This document shows, piece after piece, positions 52,681 to 63,045 of a stretch of 64,000 nucleotides of DNA. Below the pieces are notes generated by a model. That model worked only from the letters and a program-made list of their open reading frames with translations. It was not told where the DNA came from and did no database searches. Numbering within the stretch: the stretch's first letter is position 1; the number at the start of each line of letters is the position of its first letter. This DNA comes from Spirochaetia bacterium (GTDB lineage Bacteria > Spirochaetota > Spirochaetia > SZUA-6 > Bin103): positions 256,001 to 320,000 of the forward strand of contig CBDBOV010000003.1 in assembly GCA_965208575.1 (NCBI GenBank), in the 5' to 3' direction. A program made the translations under genes and the position numbers.

Positions 52681-52995
52681 TTATTCTGCACCGGGTTGCC
52701 GGTGGCCGCGGGCGAGATCTCCTGTCGGTGGTGCTGAGGGGTCCTCAGGAGATTGTCTCAGGAAGCCGAGAACGGCAGGATGTTTGAGAGAGAGTTCCTG
52801 TTCGACGAGAGTCAGCTTGACGGGTGAGTTCTGGAACACGGCGCGCAGCATGTCGGTGAAGTTGTGCAGCACCATGGCGCCCCAGATGTCATCACGGAAA
52901 TACACGAAGTAGGTGGCGCGACCGGCGAACGTCCTGGCGTAGGCGAAGTATTCGCGGTCGCTGCCGGCGATTTTTCTGATAGCGACGTTGATCAC
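52681..52995 (-). CDS. Hypothetical protein in transposon
   Basis: 104 aa ORF directly after the ATPase. Confidence 0.55.
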   Translation of the reverse strand: MINVAIRKIAGSDREYFAYARTFAGRATYFVYFRDDIWGAMVLHNFTDMLRAVFQNSPVKLTLVEQELSLKHPAVLGFLRQSPEDPSAPPTGDLARGHRQPGAE

Positions 52996-53004
52996 GGAAC
53001 CGAC

Positions 53005-53835
53005 CTACAGAATCTCGGTGGCAGCGAGCCGGACATGCTCGGCGGCGACCACCGAGCAATGCTCGCGAGCGGCCGCCATGAGGGCGCCGCGGGCGAGATG
53101 ATTGGCGCGCCGCAGGAGCCCGCCGGAGCCCTGATGGATGGCGACGGCGGCTTCGTCGCTGAGCAGGTCGGCGCTGCGCCGCGCTGTGGCGGACTGGGTG
53201 TCCCGCCCGGCGGCGAGCTGCAGATGGTGGTCGAGGTAGCCGCGCATGTCATCAAGGGAGAGAGCATCGAGGTGGCTGCGGCCCACGACCCGTGAGGCGA
53301 GCGGGCGCGAGGTATGGAACAACAGGCGGTCAAGCAGGCTGCTCTGGCCGGCCAGCACCATCGGCATCAAGGTCTGCGAATCGAAGGCGAACTGAGTGAG
53401 AGTGTGGAGCTGTGCGAACACCTCGAAGCGGAGCAGATGTGCCTCGTCGACGACCAGCAACGGGGTCTGCTTCTTGCGCCTGATGTCGGTCAGCAGGTCG
53501 CGCACGGTGCGGCTGAGGACGGCCAGTGAGGAGCGCGGGGGGGTGCCCATCTCCAGGCAGATCTGGCGCAGCAGGTCGAGCAGCGTGCCGGTGGTGGCGA
53601 TGACCGCCAGGAGACGGTATTCGGCGGGGTGCAGGGTGCTCGTGACATGGCGCAGGGAAGTGGATTTTCCCGCTCCCACCTCGCCGGTGATGACGGTGAT
53701 GAGGCCGAGCCCGAGGGCATACTGAAAGCGCTCGGTGAGCGCTTTCAGGCCCGGGATCGGGTACAGACCGTTGATCGGGACGTCCTGGGGGAACGGATCG
53801 CGTTGGAAACCGAAGGCATGTCTGAGGTCGATCAT
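53005..53835 (-). CDS. ExeA-like AAA ATPase (transposition helper)
   Basis: GEVGAGKS, LVVDEAH, LAGQ. Confidence 0.88.
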   Translation of the reverse strand: MIDLRHAFGFQRDPFPQDVPINGLYPIPGLKALTERFQYALGLGLITVITGEVGAGKSTSLRHVTSTLHPAEYRLLAVIATTGTLLDLLRQICLEMGTPPRSSLAVLSRTVRDLLTDIRRKKQTPLLVVDEAHLLRFEVFAQLHTLTQFAFDSQTLMPMVLAGQSSLLDRLLFHTSRPLASRVVGRSHLDALSLDDMRGYLDHHLQLAAGRDTQSATARRSADLLSDEAAVAIHQGSGGLLRRANHLARGALMAAAREHCSVVAAEHVRLAATEIL

Positions 53836-55148
53836 CGGTCGGACTCCTCGAACAGCTGGCCGCCGCGGGGGCCGGGCTGGGGGTCATCAGCGGGCGGCTC
53901 CGGCGCCGGCTCGAGCTCGGTCTCATGGCCGCTGATGCGGCGCACGCGGCTGTTGACGTGGGGGTTCAACTCACTGAGGAAGCCGTAAGAGCGATCTTCG
54001 AAGAACACCTCGATGCGGGACGGATCAGCCTCATGATAGAGCAGGTTGACGGTGTTCCCGATGAGCCCCACCGGCGCTTCGTAGAGCTTGCCGTAGAGGG
54101 CGACGGCACGATCCTTGTCGACCTTGCGGCGCACCATGGTGCGGAAGTGGTCACGCACATTCTGGGGCGCAGGCCGCAGCAGTTCCAGGTGGCGCAGATA
54201 GCGCTGCAGGGGCTGCTCCCCGGTGCTGGAGTGAAGCCGCTGATGGTAGCTGTGGTCGAGCCACTCGGCAAGCTGGGCGTTGAGCTGCTCGAGGGTATCG
54301 TGATCGCTGACCAGAGGCAGCATCTGGGTGCGTATGGTGCGGAAATAGCGCTCGATTTTACCCTTTCCCTGGGGCGTGTATGGGGTCGCGAAGAGGAGCG
54401 CTATGCCCAGCGATGCACAGGCGTAACTGAGTCGTTGGGAGCGAAAGCTGGGGCCGTTATCGACATACAGTTTGCGTGGCAGACCGCGCGTTTCGAGCGC
54501 CCGCAGCAGGCAGTCCTGGAAACAGTCGATGTTTTCACGCAGATAGAAGCGGGCGCCGGTGATGAGCCGCGAGTGATCATCGATGCAGGCGAACAGAAAC
54601 GTCTTGCGCAGCTTGCCGTCGCTTTTCACGCGCGGGCCGTGCATGCAATCCGCTTGCCACAAGTCGTTCGGCAGTTCCGCTTCGAAGCGCCGCCGGTCCT
54701 GCGTCGCGGGCCGCTGCCGGTGCAGACCATGGCGCCGGAACAATCGGTAGATGCTTTGCCGTGAGGCTGCGAAGTCGGGCGGCAGGAGATTGCGGCGGCG
54801 CGCCACCTGCAGCACCACTGACAACGACGCCTGTGCCAGTTCACGCCGGAGATTGACCAGTGCCAACTCGGTCTCGGGATCGATGCTGCGCCCCACGCCG
54901 GCGTCCGCGCGGTCCTTCGGGAACAGGCTCTCCAGTTTCTTGCCGCTGTGCTCGTAACGCCGCAGCCAGTCGCGGATCGTCGACCGGCTGATCGAACTGC
55001 GCAGCGAGAATGGGATCTTCCATTCCTGCTCCGCCAGGTCCTTGATGCGCGCCTCGCGCTTGCCCTGGTCGAGCTTCGCATACCCGATCAGGCCGGCGAT
55101 CACACCGAACCGGAACAACGCGATCCGCTTTTTCTTCTCTTCCTCCAT
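53832..55148 (-). CDS. DDE integrase/transposase with Mu-like C-terminus
   Basis: WQAD, IDDHSR, YVDNG, GKGKIER; GGAGG RBS. Confidence 0.9.
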   Translation of the reverse strand: MEEEKKKRIALFRFGVIAGLIGYAKLDQGKREARIKDLAEQEWKIPFSLRSSISRSTIRDWLRRYEHSGKKLESLFPKDRADAGVGRSIDPETELALVNLRRELAQASLSVVLQVARRRNLLPPDFAASRQSIYRLFRRHGLHRQRPATQDRRRFEAELPNDLWQADCMHGPRVKSDGKLRKTFLFACIDDHSRLITGARFYLRENIDCFQDCLLRALETRGLPRKLYVDNGPSFRSQRLSYACASLGIALLFATPYTPQGKGKIERYFRTIRTQMLPLVSDHDTLEQLNAQLAEWLDHSYHQRLHSSTGEQPLQRYLRHLELLRPAPQNVRDHFRTMVRRKVDKDRAVALYGKLYEAPVGLIGNTVNLLYHEADPSRIEVFFEDRSYGFLSELNPHVNSRVRRISGHETELEPAPEPPADDPQPGPRGGQLFEESDR

Positions 55149-55429
55149 GATCGAGGAACCTCCTGGGGTGTTGGTGGCATCAATTTGCTCCCCATTGGTT
55201 CGCCGATCACCGCAAAGATCCGGTAGGCTTGGGGTCACCCAGGCGCCAGTTCGCGTTATTTTCTCCGCTCCGATCATGATCAGCCGCGCCACCAGCGCCC
55301 TGCCCGCAGCGTCGCCCGGACAGCCACCCAAGCGCCAAAGGCGCTCGCCAGCACCGCGGCGGCGTCCTCCTGCACTGCTCACCAGCCACTTGCCCGGTCT
55401 GAGCCGGCACCCCGCGACCAGCACCGTGC

Positions 55430-56041
55430 TCATCGTGCCCCGTGACTGGGTGTCGGCTCATTCCCTGGCTCCTTCAGGGCGCTGTCTGCTGTGCTCCCGA
55501 CGCCATCAAGGTGTCCCGCAAAGCCCACCACCGGCACCGCCAGCACCAACTCGGGGGCGGCATCCACTCGCCGTATCTGGCGGTAGCTCACCGAATGCGT
55601 ACTGACGATGATCAACCGCACCACCAGCGCCTTCAGCGCACTGGCCGCAACCTGGCCCGGCCGGCTCACCGCGGTCACCCCCTCCAGCAACAACTGCCGG
55701 CGCAACCCCTGGCGCCAGTACTGCTGCCGCTGTCGGCTCACCCGCGCGATCCAGCGACCACCCTTCAGCTTGCCCAGCAGGGCTACCAGAATCACTCGCC
55801 ACGGCGCCCAGAACCCGCGGTAGTGGCTGTCCGGTCGCAGCGTGTACACGGTCCCGCAGTCCGGACACCGGTAGCGCTTCATCCACAGCGGCTCGCCGCA
55901 GCCATCGAAGCACCGTCCGACATAGCCATGGCCCCACGGCCGCCTCCGACCGCACTCCAGGCAGCGCTCCGGCCGCGGCCACCGATACTCCTTGCCCTGT
56001 TCCTGAAGTCTCTTGAAATCAACCGCCAGATGGAGTACCAA
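55430..56041 (-). CDS. Zn-ribbon transposon accessory protein (DUF6431-like)
   Basis: CLEC..GHG.V.R, RYRCPDC. Confidence 0.6.
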   Translation of the reverse strand: MVLHLAVDFKRLQEQGKEYRWPRPERCLECGRRRPWGHGYVGRCFDGCGEPLWMKRYRCPDCGTVYTLRPDSHYRGFWAPWRVILVALLGKLKGGRWIARVSRQRQQYWRQGLRRQLLLEGVTAVSRPGQVAASALKALVVRLIIVSTHSVSYRQIRRVDAAPELVLAVPVVGFAGHLDGVGSTADSALKEPGNEPTPSHGAR

Positions 56042-56638
56042 TCGGCTGTCCTTAGTTCAGGGTAGCTGTCCGGTTCTCATCACCTGGGGCAGCTACCCTG
56101 TTTTTCTGGTCAGTTTACCTCGACTCTCCCGTCCTCCACTCCAGTCGATCGTGAGACGTCCGCCCCCATTCCGCTCAGATCAATCTGAGAGCCGACAGTG
56201 GCGCAATCACGTATTGCACGTCCTGCTTCCCGGCCGGCCCTTCTCGGTGTGGCTGTTCTGGTCGGCCGAGTGGGAGTTCCTCTCGTACTACGTGAACATG
56301 GAGACGCCGTTTACTCGGTCGGCGGCGGGGTTCGACACCTGCGACCGTGTGCTCGACATCTGCGTGCGTGCCGATCGCACCTGGTACTACAAGGACCTCG
56401 ACGAATTGGAAGTGTGCGTGGAGGTTGGCCTGATGAGCGCGGCGATGGCAGCCGAGGTGCGCCGAGATGCCGAGCAGGCAGTCGCACTGATCGAGGGCTG
56501 GCGGACGCCGTTCGATGCTGAACTCGAGGGCTGGCGGCCCGACCCGGCCTGGTCAATCCCGTTGCTGCCGGCAGGGTGGGAGGCGCATGCGTCCGAGACT
56601 CAGCCGTGGGTGCGGTTCCCTTCCGAATAGCTGAGCCG

Positions 56639-57295
56639 CTACGGGCCGATGAGGGAGGTCTTGGTCTCCCGAAACCGAGTAACGGTGAAGTCCCAGCGCG
56701 ATGCCTGCTGCGTCAGAAGGCGTCGCGTCGCGTCATCAACCTGGCTCGCAATGTCCCCCTCGTAGTAGGCAAGCGCCTTGACGGCGTCGGTCGGCGGGAA
56801 CTCACTGCCGTACAGCGCCACGGCGGCGCCAAGCCCGTCCTGCAGCGGGATGCCGGCACGCAGGATCGCGGCCAGATCCAGGTAGTCGCGCGCGGCGACG
56901 CGCTGCAGGAGCACCTTCAGCTTGGTGCCGAACAGATCGAGCAGGGAGGCGACTGCCAGCACACCGTCAGCGGTCTGGTCAGGACTACTCACGCGGCCGA
57001 AACCGATGTTGCCGAAGAACGACACCTTCACCGGGTCGGGAGGGTTCACCGAGAGGGTCAACGCCGTGGGCTCGCGCTGGAGAACCTCGGCATCCACGAT
57101 GAACGGAATCTTGTACAACGCCTCGGTGTCGAGCGCCTGTGAGGAGAAGAAATCGAAATCGACGGACGATCTATGTCCCAACCGCAACGCCAACGCGGTT
57201 CCACCGTACAAGACGAAGTTGTCCGGGACTTCGGCGAGGGCAGGCCACAGTTCGCGCTGCGCCTGCGGCAGGATGTCGAGTATCGGTTCGAGCAT
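56639..57295 (-). CDS. AbiEii/AbiGii nucleotidyltransferase toxin
   Basis: LYGGTALALRLGHRSSVDFDF, RDYLD. Confidence 0.88.
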   Translation of the reverse strand: MLEPILDILPQAQRELWPALAEVPDNFVLYGGTALALRLGHRSSVDFDFFSSQALDTEALYKIPFIVDAEVLQREPTALTLSVNPPDPVKVSFFGNIGFGRVSSPDQTADGVLAVASLLDLFGTKLKVLLQRVAARDYLDLAAILRAGIPLQDGLGAAVALYGSEFPPTDAVKALAYYEGDIASQVDDATRRLLTQQASRWDFTVTRFRETKTSLIGP

Positions 57296-57297
57296 CG

Positions 57298-57618
57298 CTA
57301 CGCCGGTAGCCGCCGGGCGGGTAGTGCAGGTACCGGTTCGCGGCCCAGCCGGAGATGCCAGAACGCCCACGAGCGGCGATTGAACACACCGATCGGAGGA
57401 TCGTCGAGCACCTGCAGCAGGTGTTCGCTGGCGGCCACCGAGAGCAGCCAACGCAGGTCGTCGGCCGTACCGAGCGTCATCATCTGCGCAAGCAACACCC
57501 GGCCATCGGCAAGCGCACGCTCGGGCGACTGCCACCAGACGTACTTCTTCGCCATTCTCAGGGCGCGGCGGTCGACTTGCAGGCGGCGCTCAAGGTCAGC
57601 AAGGGCGGAGGCGGCCAT
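57298..57618 (-). CDS. Probable cognate antitoxin
   Basis: KYVWW..., coupled directly upstream of AbiEii. Confidence 0.6.
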   Translation of the reverse strand: MAASALADLERRLQVDRRALRMAKKYVWWQSPERALADGRVLLAQMMTLGTADDLRWLLSVAASEHLLQVLDDPPIGVFNRRSWAFWHLRLGREPVPALPARRLPA

Positions 57619-57685
57619 CACTGCCGGAACGGTCTCATGAGGTGCACCCGCAGTCAAGCTCCCCACCTGCCGGACGAACGCGAAT

Positions 57686-58948
57686 TCAGCGCGCTTTGCG
57701 TGCGCGGCGGACGCCGTAGGCGGCCCAGTGCAGCCCCGGTACCAGGGTCAGCGGCGCAAGCAGCCAGAGCAGGGGAGCGAGGGGGAGCAGTTCCAGGCCG
57801 GCGCCGGCGCACGCCGAGCCGACCGCGCCGAGCAGGGTGAAGCTGGCGTGCTCGGTGGCGATCACCCGCCCGCGCAACTCGTCGGGCACGGTTTCGAGCA
57901 GGATCTGGGTGCTGAACACCCATATCAGGCCGGAACCCACGCTGCGAATTGCCGCGCCGATCATAACCAGCGGCAGGCTGGACAGCGGAGCGGCCAGCGC
58001 AAGGCCGGCGCACATCAGCAGGTAGCCGGCCAGCATCGCCCAGCGCAGCGACTGCTGCCGGGCGCCGAGCATCGGTTGAATCACCAGGGGACCGAGCGCG
58101 GAGCCGACGCCGCCGGCGGCGAACAGCAGTCCCACCGTGGTGCCGCCGCCGACGCCGATAGGGAACACCGTCCCCGCGATGGCGACGCTGGCGACCTGGA
58201 AGGCGGAGAAGAAGATCGACAGAAAGCCTTTCTGCAGGGCGACCGCCAGCACGCGGCCCTGCTTGCCCAGGTAACGCAGCGACTCGGCGTACTCGGCGAT
58301 GCCGGCCCGTACGCTGCCGACGAGGGTAGCGGGCGTCGCGGTCACCGAGCGCCGGCCACCCGCGGCGTAGGGCATGCGGACCAGCAAGAGCGCCGACAGC
58401 AGGTAGGTGGCGGCGTCCAGGATGAACGCGGCCGCGATGCCGAACACGCCGGCGAAAATGCCGCCGGCAGCGGCGCCGATTGCCAGCATGGCGGCCCAGG
58501 TCGCCGAGCTCAGGGCATTGGCCGGCCCCAGCAGCCGGCGCGAGGCGACCTCCGGCAGGATCGCCACCCGCACCGGAAAGAACACGCCGCTGATGCCCAC
58601 CTGCAGCGCGGTAAGCGCGAACAACAGCCACACGTGCTGCGGCTCGCGGACGAACAGGAGGCCAAGCACCGCCACGGCGCGCAGCAGGTCGGTGGCGATC
58701 AGGATGCGCTTGCGGTTGTAGCGGTCGGCCAGCACGCCGGCGAGCGGACTGGCCAGGAACGAGCCCAGCATGCGGATGGCGAACAGGGCGCCGAGCGCCG
58801 CGCCCGCTCCGGTGAGCTGCGCCAGCAGCGTGGACGAGGCGATGACGTTGAACCAGTCGCCGAACAGGCTGGCGATCTGCGCGAACCACAGCAGCCGAAA
58901 GGCCCGGCTGCCGCGTAGCAGCTCGCCGTAGCCGCCACGGCTACGCAT
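57686..58948 (-). CDS. MFS transporter
   Basis: FRLLW..Q..SLFGD, GVLADRYNRK, multiple TM segments. Confidence 0.88.
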   Translation of the reverse strand: MRSRGGYGELLRGSRAFRLLWFAQIASLFGDWFNVIASSTLLAQLTGAGAALGALFAIRMLGSFLASPLAGVLADRYNRKRILIATDLLRAVAVLGLLFVREPQHVWLLFALTALQVGISGVFFPVRVAILPEVASRRLLGPANALSSATWAAMLAIGAAAGGIFAGVFGIAAAFILDAATYLLSALLLVRMPYAAGGRRSVTATPATLVGSVRAGIAEYAESLRYLGKQGRVLAVALQKGFLSIFFSAFQVASVAIAGTVFPIGVGGGTTVGLLFAAGGVGSALGPLVIQPMLGARQQSLRWAMLAGYLLMCAGLALAAPLSSLPLVMIGAAIRSVGSGLIWVFSTQILLETVPDELRGRVIATEHASFTLLGAVGSACAGAGLELLPLAPLLWLLAPLTLVPGLHWAAYGVRRARKAR

Positions 58949-59075
58949 GGCGCGCCTCCGGCCGGCGCTGCGCCCGGAACCCCCGGCTGCCGCGCAGCAA
59001 TTCCCCGTAGCCGCCACGGCTACGCATGGCGCGCCTCCGGCCGGCGTCGTGCCCGGAACGCCCGGCTGCCGCGCA
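58903..59075. repeat. About 79-bp tandem duplication of the MFS start
   Basis: CCGTAGCCGCCACGGCTACGCATGGCGCGCCTCCGGCCGGCG occurs twice. Confidence 0.8.
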
Positions 59076-59257
59076 GCGACTCGCCGCCGCCGCGTTCACG
59101 CATGCGGCGCCGCCGGCAGTGACCACGACGGGCCGCCCGCGGCGGAGTTGGAGCGAGCCATCGCGTGTCTCCTCATCGGTTGGCGGGATGGTGAGAGATA
59201 CCAGCCGCCGGCGTCAACGAGCAGATGCAACTCGCGCGATAGGGTAGGTTGTGGCCC

Positions 59258-59698
59258 ATGGAACGCGTATCGACCTCGCCCGACGAATATCTTGCGACGC
59301 TGCCGGAGGAGTTTCGCGGCGACATGACCGCGCTGGACGAGCGCATCGCGGCGGCGCTGCCCGGGCACCGGCGCTGCCTGTGGCAGGGGGTATTCTGGGG
59401 CGGCAGCTCCCAGTCGATCATCGGCTACGGCGACTACTCGTACCTGCGCTCGGACAAGAAGCAAGTGGAGTGGTTCGTCGTCGGGCTCGCCCGGCAGAAG
59501 AACTACTACAGCGTCTACGTCAACGCCGCCGACGGCCGCCGCTACCTCACCGAGGCGTACGTCGGCCGGCTCGGCAAGGTGAAGGTAGGCAAGAGCAACG
59601 TGACCTTCCGCCGTCTCGCCGACGTCGAGTTGGAGGTACTGATTGAGCTGGTCGAGCGTGCCGGCGTGCTGATGAGCGCTGACGGCCCCGGTCGCTGA
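59258..59698 (+). CDS. DUF1801-like protein
   Basis: IIGYG.Y.Y, GLARQKNY.S.Y, LGK.KVGK. Confidence 0.75.
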   Translation: MERVSTSPDEYLATLPEEFRGDMTALDERIAAALPGHRRCLWQGVFWGGSSQSIIGYGDYSYLRSDKKQVEWFVVGLARQKNYYSVYVNAADGRRYLTEAYVGRLGKVKVGKSNVTFRRLADVELEVLIELVERAGVLMSADGPGR

Positions 59699-59938
59699 GC
59701 CGGGGACAAAATGAATCGCGGCGGTGTCGGGGCATCGAGTTCGTTGCGGGCGACGTAGACGGGAGCCTGCCGGGAAGTGGCTCACCAGCGCGCGCCGGAT
59801 CGCGGCACACTGTGGTCGATGCCGGCCAAGCAGTTTCTGCCGCCCCCGTCGTTTACACCCACTCGGGGCACTCAGTTGATCCTCCTGGATGCCGGGTACA
59901 TACTGTCGGTATCACCAGGTCGTCCAGGGAGGCTCATC

Positions 59939-60178
59939 ATGTCCAAGCTTCTTTCCCTCAAAGTTCGGGAGGAGGTCTTTCGCGAGACCGAGGAGATTCT
60001 ACAGCATCTGCGGAAGCCTCGGAACGCCTATTTCAATGACGCCATCAATCTTTACAACAAGCTTTGGAAACGGAGAGCCCTCAAGGAGGCCCTGCTTCGG
60101 GACTCCGCTCTGGTTGCGGAAGATTCCCTGGAAGTGTTGGAGGTGTTCGAACAGTTAGAGGACGAGCTGGTTGAGTAA
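59939..60178 (+). CDS. Probable antitoxin
   Basis: Small protein with acidic tail upstream of PemK/MazF; GGAGG RBS. Confidence 0.7.
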   Translation: MSKLLSLKVREEVFRETEEILQHLRKPRNAYFNDAINLYNKLWKRRALKEALLRDSALVAEDSLEVLEVFEQLEDELVE

Positions 60179-60184
60179 CACCTC

Positions 60185-60523
60185 ATGGAGATCAAGAAGT
60201 GGCACGTTTACCTGGCGGACCTCAATCCTCAGAGGGGAACCGAACCCGGCAAGGTGAGACCGGTGGTCGTGGTACAGACTGACCTGCTCAATGAAGTCCA
60301 TCCCTCCACCGTTGTGTGCCCTGCCACGACTAACGTCCAGCCGCGGGCGCGTTTCCTGCGCGTGCATCTTGCCGTTGGTGAAGGTGGCCTGGCGAAGCCA
60401 TCCGACCTCATGGTCGACCAGATCCGAGCTATCGATAACCGACGTTTTCTCAGAGATCTGGGCATGATTTCTCGCCAAAGCCAGGTGAGATTATCCGCCA
60501 ATCTCAAGGTTCTCTTGGCCTGA
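60185..60523 (+). CDS. PemK/MazF toxin
   Basis: ADLNP..G.EPGK.RPVVVVQ, DQIRAID..R. Confidence 0.92.
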   Translation: MEIKKWHVYLADLNPQRGTEPGKVRPVVVVQTDLLNEVHPSTVVCPATTNVQPRARFLRVHLAVGEGGLAKPSDLMVDQIRAIDNRRFLRDLGMISRQSQVRLSANLKVLLA

Positions 60524-60551
60524 TGCGGCTCGAAGGGGCCACAATGCACGC

Positions 60552-61892
60552 ATGGCTGCCAACCGCGATCCCATCCTGCTGACCGATACCCAGGTTCAGG
60601 ATTACCTGACCAACGGCTACCTCGTGCTGCACACCGGCCACCCGGTGGTGCTTCACCGGCGCGTGCTGCGGCAGATTGCGAACCTGTACGCGACCGAGGG
60701 CAATCCCGGCAATGATATCCTGCCGCGCGTTCCCGACCTGTACGAGATTCTGCACGACCCGGTGGTCGACGGCGCGCTGCGCAGCCTGCTCGGAGCCGAC
60801 TACCTGGTGCATCCCCACCGCCACTGCCACGAGAACCCCAGCGGCTCGGACGGCCAGGAGATGCACCAGGACAGCTACGAGAACGACCAGAACGTGCGCC
60901 ACCACCGCACCCGGTGGGCGATGGCGTTCTACTACCCGCAGGACGTCCCCCTGGAGCTGGGGCCGACCGCCATTTTGCCGGCCAGCCAATACTACGAGTC
61001 CGGCGACCAGGCTCATCAGCGCGCGGAGCTGCCGCTGTGCGGCGCCGCCGGCACCGTTGCCGTCGTCCACTACGACCTGTGGCATCGGGCCATGGCCAAT
61101 ACCTCAGGCCGGCACCGCTACATGGTCAAATTCCTGTTCACCCGCATGAGCGAGCCGCGGGCGGCCGCCTGGGACCACCGCGCCGCGGCTTTCGATACGG
61201 CAGGCGATGACCCGCCGGCCGCGCTGCGTCGGCGGATGTGGGACTGGATGCGGGCGGCGGAGTGGAGCCCGGCAGCCGCCGGCGGGGCTCTGGAGCGGTG
61301 GGAACAGGCCCTGGAGGAGGGCACGGAGGCCCAGCGGCTGCGCGCCGCCTATGCTCTGGCCAGCCGCGGCGCGGATGCGGTGCCGCACCTGGTGGCGGCG
61401 CTGCGGCGCCAGGCGGCGGCGCTGCGCGAGCGCAACCTGGCGGCCGACCACACCAACCCCAGCCAGCTCGACGCGGTGTTCGGGCTGTCCGCCGTCGGCG
61501 CGCCCGCGGTGCCGGCGGTGGCGGAGCTGCTCGCCGACGAGGCGTGGTGGGTGCGTGCGGCCGCGGCCGACGTGCTCGGCGACATGGGCGAGACCGCAGG
61601 CGAGACCGTGCCGCAGCTTACCGGCGCCTTGGCCGACGAATCGGTCTGGGTACGGCGCAACGCGATCGAGGCGCTTGGCTACCTGGGCCCCGCCGCGGCG
61701 ACCGCCGTTCCCGCGCTCAGCCGCTGCCTGTCCGACGCGGACAGCCGGGTGCGCCACAACGCCGCCCTGACCCTGGCCAAGCTGGGCCGCGCTGCATCCG
61801 CAGCCGTCCCCGCCCTGCGCCGCACCGTGGCGGACGAGGAGCGCTATACCCGCGCAAACGCCGCGGTAGCCCTGGAACGCATCGGCTCCTGA
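60552..61892 (+). CDS. Phytanoyl-CoA dioxygenase-like domain fused to HEAT repeats
   Basis: HQD, GPT.ILP.S, LWHRA..N; L.D...VR..AA repeats. Confidence 0.8.
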   Translation: MAANRDPILLTDTQVQDYLTNGYLVLHTGHPVVLHRRVLRQIANLYATEGNPGNDILPRVPDLYEILHDPVVDGALRSLLGADYLVHPHRHCHENPSGSDGQEMHQDSYENDQNVRHHRTRWAMAFYYPQDVPLELGPTAILPASQYYESGDQAHQRAELPLCGAAGTVAVVHYDLWHRAMANTSGRHRYMVKFLFTRMSEPRAAAWDHRAAAFDTAGDDPPAALRRRMWDWMRAAEWSPAAAGGALERWEQALEEGTEAQRLRAAYALASRGADAVPHLVAALRRQAAALRERNLAADHTNPSQLDAVFGLSAVGAPAVPAVAELLADEAWWVRAAAADVLGDMGETAGETVPQLTGALADESVWVRRNAIEALGYLGPAAATAVPALSRCLSDADSRVRHNAALTLAKLGRAASAAVPALRRTVADEERYTRANAAVALERIGS

Positions 61893-61895
61893 GAG

Positions 61896-63038
61896 CTAAC
61901 GGCGGTAGGGGTCGGCGGCGTCGCGCAGGCCGTCGCCGACAAAGTTGAAGCACAGCACCACGATCACCACGAACAGGCCGGGGATCAGCAGCCAGGGGTG
62001 CAGCGAGATGGTGCGCACGTTCTGCGCCTGCTGCAGCATTACCCCCCAGCTCACCACCGGCGGGCGCAGGCCGATGCCGATGAAGCTGAGCGCGGTCTCG
62101 CCCAGGATCATGTACGGGATGGCCAGCGTCAGGTGGACGATCAGGTAGCTCAGGAAGCCGGGCAGCAGGTGGCGCAGGATGATGGTCATCGGGGTGGAGC
62201 CGCCGATTGCCGCCGCGGTCACGTAGTCCTCGGTACGCAACTGCAGCAGCTTGCCGCGCACCACGCGCGCCAGGCCGGTCCAGCCGATCACGCTCAGAAT
62301 CACCGTGATCATGAAGTAGACGCGCAGCGCCGGCCACTCGATCGGCACCGCGGCCGCCAGCGCCATCCACAGCGGAATGGTGGGCAGCGCCTGCAGGAAC
62401 TCGATGATGCGCTGCACCAGCATGTCGACCGCGCCGCCGAAGAAGCCGGACACGCCGCCGAGCAGGCAGCCGAGCAGGAAGCTGAGCGCCACCCCCACCA
62501 GGCCGATGGAGAGCGATACCCGCGCCCCATGCAGCACCCGCGTCAGCATGTCGCGGCCCAGGCTGTCGGTCCCGAACGGAAACAGCACCGCCCCCTCGTC
62601 GACGCCCAGCAGGTGCAGGCGGGTGGTGAACAACCCGAACAGCCGGTACTCGTAGCCGGTCACCAGAAACCTGACCGGGTACGTCTGGCCGCGGTCTATG
62701 GTGAACACCTTGGCGCGCGTCACCGGGTCGCGGGTCACCTGCAGCCCGTACACGAACGGGGCCCGCAGGCCGTCCTCGTGCACCAGGCGCACCCGGGTGG
62801 GCGGCGCGTACAGGTGTTCAGGGTAGCGCTGGTCGCGCCCCGACACGGCGAGAAAGTCGGCGAACACGGCCATCAGGTAGACCACGGTCAGCACCACGCC
62901 GCCGATCAGCGCCAGCCGGTGGCGCAGGAACTTGCGCCGCATCAGCGTCCAGCTCGATGCCACGAAGTAGCGTTCGTCGAGCTGCTGCGCGCCGGCGGCT
63001 GTTTCCTCTCCGAGGGTACTGCCGTGCCGGGTACTCAC
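61896..63038 (-). CDS. OppC-type permease (different clade)
   Basis: GTDSLGRD, DGLRDAADP. Confidence 0.92.
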   Translation of the reverse strand: MSTRHGSTLGEETAAGAQQLDERYFVASSWTLMRRKFLRHRLALIGGVVLTVVYLMAVFADFLAVSGRDQRYPEHLYAPPTRVRLVHEDGLRAPFVYGLQVTRDPVTRAKVFTIDRGQTYPVRFLVTGYEYRLFGLFTTRLHLLGVDEGAVLFPFGTDSLGRDMLTRVLHGARVSLSIGLVGVALSFLLGCLLGGVSGFFGGAVDMLVQRIIEFLQALPTIPLWMALAAAVPIEWPALRVYFMITVILSVIGWTGLARVVRGKLLQLRTEDYVTAAAIGGSTPMTIILRHLLPGFLSYLIVHLTLAIPYMILGETALSFIGIGLRPPVVSWGVMLQQAQNVRTISLHPWLLIPGLFVVIVVLCFNFVGDGLRDAADPYRR

Positions 63039-63045
63039 GGGCGCC

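Larger units (their letters stand above)
52627..56197 (-). mobile_element. Mu-type DDE + ExeA-like ATPase transposon, 3571 bp
   Basis: TSD GTGGC 52622-52626 and 56198-56202; ends TGTTGGGTCTCA / TGAGAGCCGACA. Confidence 0.9.
52398..56630 (+). pseudogene. Second DUF402 gene split by transposon
   Basis: Halves rejoin as MIPW-RNHVLHVLLPGRP. Confidence 0.85.
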
